From the NCBI RefSeq assembly GCF_009914755.1, contig NC_060933.1: a stretch of 64,000 nt of DNA; one strand, given 5' to 3'. Every line of letters begins with the position of its first letter. Within the stretch, counting starts at the first letter, position 1. The notes below the pieces were generated by a model. It saw only the letters and a program-made list of their open reading frames with translations. It did not search any database and was not told where the DNA came from. A program made the position numbers and the translations under genes. Origin of the DNA: the human T2T-CHM13v2.0 reference genome, Homo sapiens. Below are positions 53,881 to 64,000 of this stretch, one piece after another.

Positions 53881-54674
53881 TCTGGTCTCCAGCAGAAACA
53901 GGCGCGTGCAAAACCTCAGCATTATCCCCAGTGATTTCCCAAACCCAGCGAGGGGAAGTGACTCGCTCAAGGTCATACAGTGAGTCAAGAGGCAAAGAAT
54001 CTGAGCCCAAGATCTTCTCCCTGCAGCACCCAGGCACAGACAGGCCCAAACTCCTGTTCCAGAGCTTGGGATACCAGGCCTTCTTGCTCAAGCCCTGCTG
54101 CCCCATAAGGTGAAGACCCCAGAGAAACACCAGCCACATTCGCCCCGACCCACTCTAACGCATGGGGCACTGCCCTCTCTCCAGACCAAACCTCAACGAG
54201 GTAGAACTAACAGGGGAATGAATTTCTAAAACAGCCACATTTTAACCAAAATTGCTAACAGTTTATTAGCATCTGGGAGGAACAAAAGTTAGGGCTGTAA
54301 AAACTGTATTTCTTCAGTCCTAACAAGCGCAGCCACAGCAAACTCTTTACCAATGACACCACTAAAGACTTGCCAAAACGTGCCGCCTGCCTAGAGCTCT
54401 GCCCACGCAGGACTTGGGCACAAGGAACCCCCAGAGCCCTTGGGAATGTTGCAAGAGCTTGGCTGAGGCTGGGTGGCCACTGGCGGCGATGATCTCAACG
54501 TCTACAGAGCAAATGAGCTCCGAAAGACAGGGCAGACCCAGGCATCCCCCGCCTAGCAGGAGCTCTGCTAGTGGAGATAACTGGAGAGTCTCTGAGCCCC
54601 AGACTCTCTGGGGTTCTCTCCATTGAGCCACAGGACAGTGAGGGACTTGAGAGAGCAAGGATGGGAGAAGCTGA

Positions 54675-54885
54675 ATAATAATACAAGAAATACTGAGAGC
54701 AGCTACCAGGGACTATGCTCAGTTCTTTTAATACAACATCCCTATGGATTTGATTCTCATATTGTCCCCATTTTACAGATGAAAAAAACCAAGGCATGGG
54801 GTGGCTGGATAACATGTCCAAGGTCACCAAAGCAGTTAAGTTGCAGAGCCCTGACTCAAACTCGGGTGCTGTCTCTTAATCTTAT
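54675..54885 (-). mobile_element. MIR
   Basis: attgtccccattttacagatgaaaaaaccaaggc...tgtccaaggtcac. Confidence 0.75.
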
Positions 54886-55424
54886 GCTCAACAGACTTAG
54901 AAGTGACTCTACTATGAAACTCCTCCCTGCAGAGACAGCAAAATAGACCCAGAGAGAGCAAGGGACTGGTGCAGGACCCCGCAGCACGGGAGCTGGGGTA
55001 AAAGCAGTTCTGTGTACTGCCCTGTAGACAGCCTGGCTTTGGGCCCTACTAGGCTGACACAACTCCCTCTTTTCCCGGAGAAGAATCCTGCGATCTCCTT
55101 ATGACACAACAGTGGGCTCAAACAAGAGAACTGGAGAAAGAGATGGCACACAGGGCTCTTGTCTGTAGTCTGTGTAAAGTACCAATTGCTGGAGTACTCC
55201 GTGTCATTTGGAAACTTCCTATCTTACCTCCATATAGGCCCATGGTCAACAGGGCTGTGAGCTTGTTTCCGACACCTGCCCCCACCACTGCCCGCTCCAG
55301 TCACACGCAGAGTCACCAGCCCCCAACTTCCCCAGGGGGTCTTCACTCATACTGTGCCCTTCTCTCTTCTCTGATCACTGCATGTTCAAATTCTATCTAA
55401 CCTCCAATGCTCGGCACATGAGAA

Positions 55425-55570
55425 CATGAGCTCTAGAGTGAAATGTGGGTTGAAATCCACACTGTGTCACCTTGAGAAGTTTGCTCAACCTCTCTGGGCC
55501 TCAGTTTCTTCACTATAAAGTGGGGATAGTAACAGAACCCACCTCAGTGCTTGGCAACAGGAGGGGCTCA
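55425..55570 (+). mobile_element. MIR
   Basis: aacctctctgggcctcagtttcttcactataaagtggggatagtaacag. Confidence 0.7.
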
Positions 55571-58500
55571 ACTGTGTGTCATTATCATCGATTCAGCCCC
55601 CATGTACCATTCTGAGAACCCCACCTCCGCTAGAAGTGAGCCTCTCTCCTCTGAGCCCTGAAGTTCTGTCTGCTCCTCCATTCAGCCTCCCTGGGCTGAC
55701 CTTGGGGCAGATCCTGTGCTGGGCTCTGGAACATAGAGCAGAAGGAGTGGTCCTTCCTGCAGGAGACACAGGCTCATTGGGGGATAGCCACAGGCTCACA
55801 AATAGGCATGACACAAGGTGGCTGGGCTAGAAGAGGAGCTAAAAAGTGACATTTCACATTCTGTCACACTCTAACAAGATTTTTTTTAAAATCTGGCTCT
55901 CTTCCTACTGACTAAAAGTGGTTTAACTAACTCCTAACACATTGTCTAAGAGTTTTTAAAAGTCAGGCCAAACTCTATTTGGAGAACTCCAAACAGCACC
56001 CAGAATCTTCCCCTAACCCTGCTTTATAGCTTGGGTCTGGCTGTCCGGCTCTGCCCTCCCCATCCTACGCCCCATGCATGTGTGCCCCAGCCCAGCCATT
56101 CCATGCAGGCCAGAGCTCAGCAGCACACAACAGGCTGGGCGCACAGGCACCAGGCGTGGTCAGGTCAGGCGTGGGGGACCTCCAGACTTAAGAGCACCAC
56201 AAGGCAGGCCCTGTTCTATCACAAAAGCAATGGACCTGGGAGCCCCAGGAACCAACACTCTCCACGTGTGCACTGCACTTTGCGGTTCATAAAACACATC
56301 TGTGTCTGTCACTTCCCCTTCCCTAACACCCAGGGAGTCATCTTACCATGATTACTAAGAAGCCCCACCTCCACCCCAAACTGGAGACTCTGGGACAGGG
56401 CCTATGTTCACTTTATCTTTTTGGTCCCTGAGTCTAATGCAGGGCCTGGCACACAGTAAGGTACTGAGTAGATGAATAAATGTATTTTACAAATGAGGAA
56501 ACTGGCTCAGAGAGATTAAGAAATGTGCTCAATGTCACACAGCAAAGGAAAGCAGCGGGTCTGCCTGACTCCCAGACTCCTTCCTGCCCCAGCCCAGTGC
56601 CTCCTTCCCCAGGACACAGGGATGCAGCCCACTCTGCTCCCTACTCGGGTCATGAGCCAGCCCCGCTTCCCAGGCCAACCAATGAGCTGCCTGGGCATCT
56701 AGGAGGCCCCGGGGGTGGGGCAGGGAGAAACTGGGTGTTGGGGAGTGACAGTGGGCAGGGGCCACCCCCCAGGGAGGTATCAAGGAGAAGTAGGGAAAGG
56801 CAGATGGAACCCCGGAGAGGGAGTGTGTGCCAAAGAGAACAAAGGCAGGAATGGAGCGGGTGGGATCAGGAGCCCGAGGAAGTGAGGAGATGGAAGTTTT
56901 TTGAGACAGACTGTCAGCCGTGAAGAAAAACATGTTTCTGAACTCCTGACGCTTATCGCTTATCAGGCAGGGCTGGCGGGCGGGCGTGACAGCCCAGGAC
57001 ACTACACTACAAAAAAGGGGTCGCCAGAGAACATTTTCTTCCCCGGAAAAATGTGGATAATACATAGCTGGAATGGTGAAAAGCATCCTTAAGATAAAGT
57101 GCCCTGTCAGATACTGCTGTCAGGCGTTAAGCCTCCAATGTTATCTCCAAACCAGACAAAAAAACCTAAAAACAAAAAACCACTTTTCTGATTAATCATT
57201 AAATCTAAACAAGAAGAAAACTGACAAAATGGGCTCTTTTGCAAAAAAGAGCATTTTGAATGATAAGCACAATTGAAAGCCTAAGGCAAGACTTTAAAGC
57301 GCAGTGGGAACTGCTTAGTCATTAGCCTGTATGTGCTGCTGCCACTTCAAGTTTGCAAGAAGTCTGCAAGATCCGAAGGGGGTCATGGCCCTGGGGCCAA
57401 GCACACCCATCCCACTTTGTGGCAAAGGAGTATGTGAATGAATGGATTCCAAGATTCTGGATTTTACTACCCTTGGCCCCTCCCTGTGGGCCCAGTCCCT
57501 GCCATCTACAGAGCAGAGGTTACAAAGCCACGACAAGGTCCCGTTGTAATCCTACTTCCTGAACAACCTCTTTAACTTGACCACACAAGGGCAGTAAAAC
57601 ACGTAGCAAAGGGGTCATCCGGAAACAGCCCTGATATAAGAAGTACCTCAGGGAAGCTCAGCTCCCTCATGAGTCCAGGCCAGGCTGGCCGGGCCCACCA
57701 TCCCCTCCTGCCTCAGCGAGGGCAGCGGCTGGTCCAGTAGGCCACAGGCCTCTGGGGCAACTTGCAGCTGGAGCTCGAGGGGCGAGGGGAGAGGAGGAGA
57801 AATGGGCCTCTCGACAGGAGTCTGGCGGCCCATGCCCTGCCCTCCATGAATCCCTAGGCCCCAGTCTTATTTTAAGCCAGAACCCAGGATTTGGGTTCTG
57901 AAACTGCATTCTAGAGCTGCGCCCCAGGCGTGTTTACAGCCGCCTAATTCTTGTGGTGATTGTTTCTGGAGGATAAGCCTGGGGGTTTTTCCTCCTCAGA
58001 AATTAGTACACTACCTCAGGTCAGCCGGTCTTTCCCCATAGCCGCTATCTGCTGTGTGCAGGAAGGCGACTCCTTCCAAGGCTCAGAACTCACCGTCCAT
58101 GGCAGCTGAACATTAGGTTCAGAGAAGCAGAGGGGGCACAACTCGATGGGGAAAGGCTGGGGTGTGGCCTCGACTGCGCCACTGGCTGGCCATGTGTGTG
58201 ACCTTGGGCAAGTCTTGGCTGCCTCAAGGGTAAGACAGAGATGATGGTCCGCTGAGGGCTGTCGTGAGGAGGAAACCAGACCACGGTGGGAAGCTGCCAC
58301 ATGAATGCCGGCCGTTATCCCTAAAGGGGGGGCTTGGGAAGGGAGGCCTCCCCAGACATGTGTCGGCACCCATGCAGTGCAGTGGAGGGACAGAGAGGGC
58401 ACAGGGTCAGCCAGAGCTCCGCTGCTCTGCTCAAGTGAAGAGCTACCCCTGTCCCCAGCCACTGCATGCCATACCACCAACAGCAAGCGAGTGGGCGGGC

Positions 58501-60019
58501 AGGCAGACAGGCAGGTAGTGCTGGAGTGGCTGGGAGGGCTTCCTGGAGGAGGTGGCGGTCTTTCCTGGGCTCAGGCAGGGGTATCAGCAATAGGGCACAC
58601 TACGGTGGGGGGGCTGCAAGTGAGGAAAGTGGCAGTCAAGAGACCAGTTTACAACGTTGCAGAGTTTGTGGGGAGGTATAGAGCAAAATGAAGAAAAGGA
58701 GTTTGGGGATAGATTTTGAGGGCTCTAGATGCTAAAGTCTTTGGGGCTTTGCCATAAATGGAGGAAGCATGAAAGTATTGGAGCAGAGGTGTGATGTGCA
58801 CTCTGGAAGATGAGTGGCAAGGGAGGGTGCGGGGTGGGGTTAGGTGGGAATAAAGCCACACTGGGGACACGTGGCAGGGCTGGGGTGGAAGATACTGCCC
58901 CAGGGACGCTTAGAGTTAACTTCCACAGGACTGTGCACCTGGTGGGACTCAAGCAGAGAAGGTCTGAGGACATTTGTCCTTACCGAAGTCCTCTTCTCCA
59001 GGCTAACAAGCCACAGCTTAGTTTCTTCTGGGCAGGGATGGAGGGTCAAAAGTGGCCACCACCAAGTCCTTTTCTCTCTTTCTACACAAACTGAAACAAG
59101 CCTTTCCCCTTCATGCCTGATACCCAGAAAGCCCTTTTCCCTAATCAAGAGCCTGCATTTTACCTTTGCCCAGTAAAGGTTCTACCCCAGCTCCCTTCCC
59201 ATAACCATGCACACGCACCGGTGAATCCACCAGTCAGGCGGGGGCTGTGTATGGGGAAGGGACTCAGACCTAAAGTGACCTTACCACTATGACATGAGAT
59301 GGGCCAGGTAGTCACAAGCAAGGCCCAGGCATGACCTATGGGTATGGGGCAAGAGGGAGACTGCGTTGGGACAGAGTTTTGCCAACTAGCAGGATCTGAG
59401 GCAAACCTGCATTTGCTAGGCTGGATGGGTGATGGGAAGGAGAAGGGCATGCCTGCTTCAGAAATGGGCACAGGCAAGTGCAGAGGTATAAAACTTCGGT
59501 GAGTTCGGGGAAGAAAAGGGAGGTGGAGAAAACCTCATTGGGGGTGGTGGTGGGGTGGAGATTTGGATACCAGGTTAAAGCAACTCAACATTATTCCCAA
59601 AGGCAGTGGGAAGCCACTGGTGGTTCTGAGAAGTCGAGGAACTGGTTCAGGCTTATGCTTTGACAGGAGGGATGTGATCAGCTGCCCTCCACAAACAGGT
59701 CGTGACAGGGGCCGGTACTGAATGCCCGAAGCACAAGCAGAGGAGAGGTACAGTGCAAGCCTTCTGATTGCCAAAACGCAGCCGAAGTCGGCTCTCAAAC
59801 ATACTTTTTAAATAGTGCTTTGGGCCTTAGTGGAAACAACCTCATTCTCTACCTATTTCCTTTCTTGTTCTTCAATTTTCTCCCGAGTTTCTGAATATTA
59901 ATCTCATGAGGAAGTCATTAGCTGGCGCTGCAGTCTGTTCTAATTATAAAGCACGCTAGGAGCACTGGGGCAGACGGGGGAAACGTGCCGACGTCTGGCT
60001 TCGCCCAGAAGGCATCAAG

Positions 60020-60210
60020 GTTTGGAGCGCAGGCCCTAGGGTGGGACTGCCACATCTGTCCTGTGCCGGGTCACCAAGTATGTTACTTAAACCCTCTGTG
60101 CCCCTGTCTCCTCATCAGGGTAACGAAAATACCTACCCACGAGTGTTGCTGCAACAAAGCAAGGCAGAGTTTAGCATGGTGCCCGGGACACAGTAAGAGC
60201 TCACTATGTA
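60020..60210 (+). mobile_element. MIR
   Basis: gttacttaaaccctctgtgcccctgtctcctcatc...ttagcatggtgcccgggacacagtaag. Confidence 0.65.
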
Positions 60211-61075
60211 CTAGTAGATCCAGAAATCACCCATCATCTTCAGTTATCGTTTAATTGCTAACCTCACCTCCAAACTGCACACATGCCCTTTAATTACTGA
60301 GGAGCAGTGTTGTGCGTAACACACTGGGTCCAGAGTGGGGAGGCCCCAGTCCCGCTCAGGTATTCACTGACTTCTGGGTGACCAAGAAGTTCACTTCTCC
60401 AACCCTAAAATGGGAAGGGGGAATCCCCAGTCTCTCTGCCTCCTGGGGCAGCTCAAAGCAAGCTGGAAAGTGCCGGTGCAGGGGTTAGCACTCTCTTGCC
60501 TCCACCTTCAGCTGGGTGTTTAAGAGGGGATCTACCTCCAAGGGAGTGACATTTCCACCATGCTCCTCTGTTGGCTTCCCTCGGAAATCACTTGTGACAG
60601 GCTCTTGGAAGGCTGGGCCAAGAAAGCAGCAGCCACAGCCAGAATAGCAGGGGCCCAATTCCAGCCTGGCCAAGCATGGGCTTTCCTGGGGCGACCTGGC
60701 CCAGCCTCGAAGTCGAATTCCTGTTAATTCTCACTATCCCCACCAAATGTCCGCCCCAGGCCAGGCCAGGCTCTGGGCTTTCCCAGACTCCCTGCAGTCA
60801 CAGAGACTCCTCAGACCCATGACTACCCAGCTAAGTCTCTGGCCATGCTCTAGGAGCTGCTCAAACTCCCCCGGTCTGCCAGACCGCCCACAACCCCACC
60901 TGTTCCCACTCTGAGCTCCAGTCCTCTACCTTTCTCACCAGACCCAACTTGTCCTTGCCAAACTCCGTGCTTTTGGCCAAGCTGTGCTCTCTGCCTAGAG
61001 TACATTTCATTCTTCCCCTACCCAGTGTTCAAGCCCAGACCAAAACCACCTCCTCCAAGTAGCCTGCCCAGATTA

Positions 61076-61987
<912 letters not shown>

Positions 61988-63203
61988 CTAACCTGCCACT
62001 GCACATAAATTACAGGGAGGAGGCCGGTGGCCAACTGGCTTCAAGGCAGGCCCTGCCTCTCTCTAGCACAAGGAAGCGCTTTGTGCAGCCCAACACCTCA
62101 TTATCTGGCAACTCAGTCACACCGGAAAGGGCAAATAATGGGGTGAGCGCGACACATGTTGTGCAGACGTCCCTCCCTGCACAAACCTGTCCTGGAGTCC
62201 CACTGCCTGTGGGCCAAAGGCTCAATTAACTCCTTAGTATGGTATTTGCAGCCCTTCAATCTGGCTGCAACAACTCTTTCCAGAAAAGTCTCTTTCTAAT
62301 CTAATTCATTTATTCATCTATAAGACGTTTACTAAGCACCTACTATGTGCCAAGCATGATGCTGAAGGAGCTGAAGCACTCCTAAGGTCTCATGGGTCCT
62401 GAATCCTTTGCAGATCACACACAAGTCCCCAGCTAAAAGCTCTCCATAGAGGAGGTGGTAATTACTAACTGTTTTTAATCATCACTCCCACCTGCCACTG
62501 AGGAGAATCAAAGCTGCTCTTTCCAATGCCCACCACCACACCAAAAGGCAGGCAGCACAGGCCTGCATGAGGCCACTAGAAGCCTAAAATGTAGAGTCTT
62601 GGCTGCTCTGGAGGGCACTGGAGTTTGGAGGTTTTTTCCCTTGTTGGAGTTACTGGCAATTTGGGGACTATTGGGGTTTTACAGCATACTGGCTCTTCAA
62701 TCAACCTCTCTGAGATCACTTATCTGACAAGCACTCCTGCATCCACTCTGGGGTCAGGCCCCGTGCAAGGTGCAGGGCTCTCACTGTGGCTCTCCAGGAG
62801 CCATGACATGGTGTGACTGCTTCCGCCAGAGGTGTGGACATGTGTACACAGAGGAGGGAGGGGTGGGAGGTCAGGAAGCCTCCCAAATGGCAGGACAGCT
62901 GAGCTGAACTTAAGAGGATGAGGAGGATAAAGGTGTGACACACAAGTGAAGACACAGAGGCATACAGGTGAGCCTTGCATCCTGGCACAAGGTCAGAGGT
63001 TCCCAGCTGGCTGTCATGGAAGGGATGGAGTAAAAAGAAGCCTTTCCAAGAGGTAAGGGTCAGCTGGAATGTCAAGCTATGAGTCTGGACATGATAGAAG
63101 CCATGGGTAGTGTCTAAATGATGACACGTCCAGACTCACTTTTGGAAGACAGAAGATAAAGGACAAATCAAAAGGGTCAAGACTACAGCCACATGGGATA
63201 TCA

Positions 63204-63588
<385 letters not shown>

Positions 63589-63871
63589 CTACCACTTTGT
63601 AATGAACCTGACTATACAACGTGAGATCCTACACAGCACAACACAGGTACAATAAAAACGGTGCATTTTAAAAAGACGTATGTTTTTTGACATGAGAACG
63701 TGGGCAACTTCTGTGCAATGTAAAGATTGATTAAAGATCTTCTAGCGTGTCTAGGCCAGAGACAGCTTGAAAGAAACCAAGAGGGAGTGGGGTCAAAACA
63801 ATCAGGTCAAAATGGGTATGTATAAAACACAGAGATTACAAGTTAACATGGGTCATGATTATGAAAAGAGG

Positions 63872-64000
63872 CACCAGGCACAGGTGGCTCACGCCTGTAA
63901 TCCTAGCACTTTGGGAGGCAGAGGAGGGCGGATCACCTGAGGTCAGGAGTTCAAGACCAGCCTGGCCAACATGATGAAACCCTGTGTCTACTAAAAATAC
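63872..64000 (+). mobile_element. AluS left arm (cut by window edge)
   Basis: ggtggctcacgcctgtaatcctagcactttgggagg...ctactaaaaatac. Confidence 0.93.

Overview
Human (primate) genomic DNA rich in Alu, MIR, L2 and L1 repeats. It lies inside the SHB gene (SH2 domain-containing adapter protein B; chr9p13 from recall), which is transcribed on the minus strand. The only convincing coding sequence is one 121-nt internal exon (33939-34059, minus strand; VTIADDYSDPFDAK...EAQRIMT, SHB exon 2). Sequence to its right is intron 1 and sequence to its left is intron 2. The other ORFs in the track look like chance or Alu-derived frames. I found no CRISPR array, RNA gene, CpG-island promoter or new gene system. 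The most interesting structure is non-coding: (i) a 228-bp, 226/228-identical inverted duplication apparently inserted into the target-site duplication (TSD) of an Alu; (ii) an older 127-bp inverted duplication; (iii) a 73-bp local copy of LTR16 sequence that supplies a consensus splice donor to a candidate poison exon; (iv) an L1PA insertion with a 97-bp 3' transduction; (v) a candidate 12-nt in-frame microexon. Repeat subfamily names and old-repeat boundaries were assigned by eye and are approximate.
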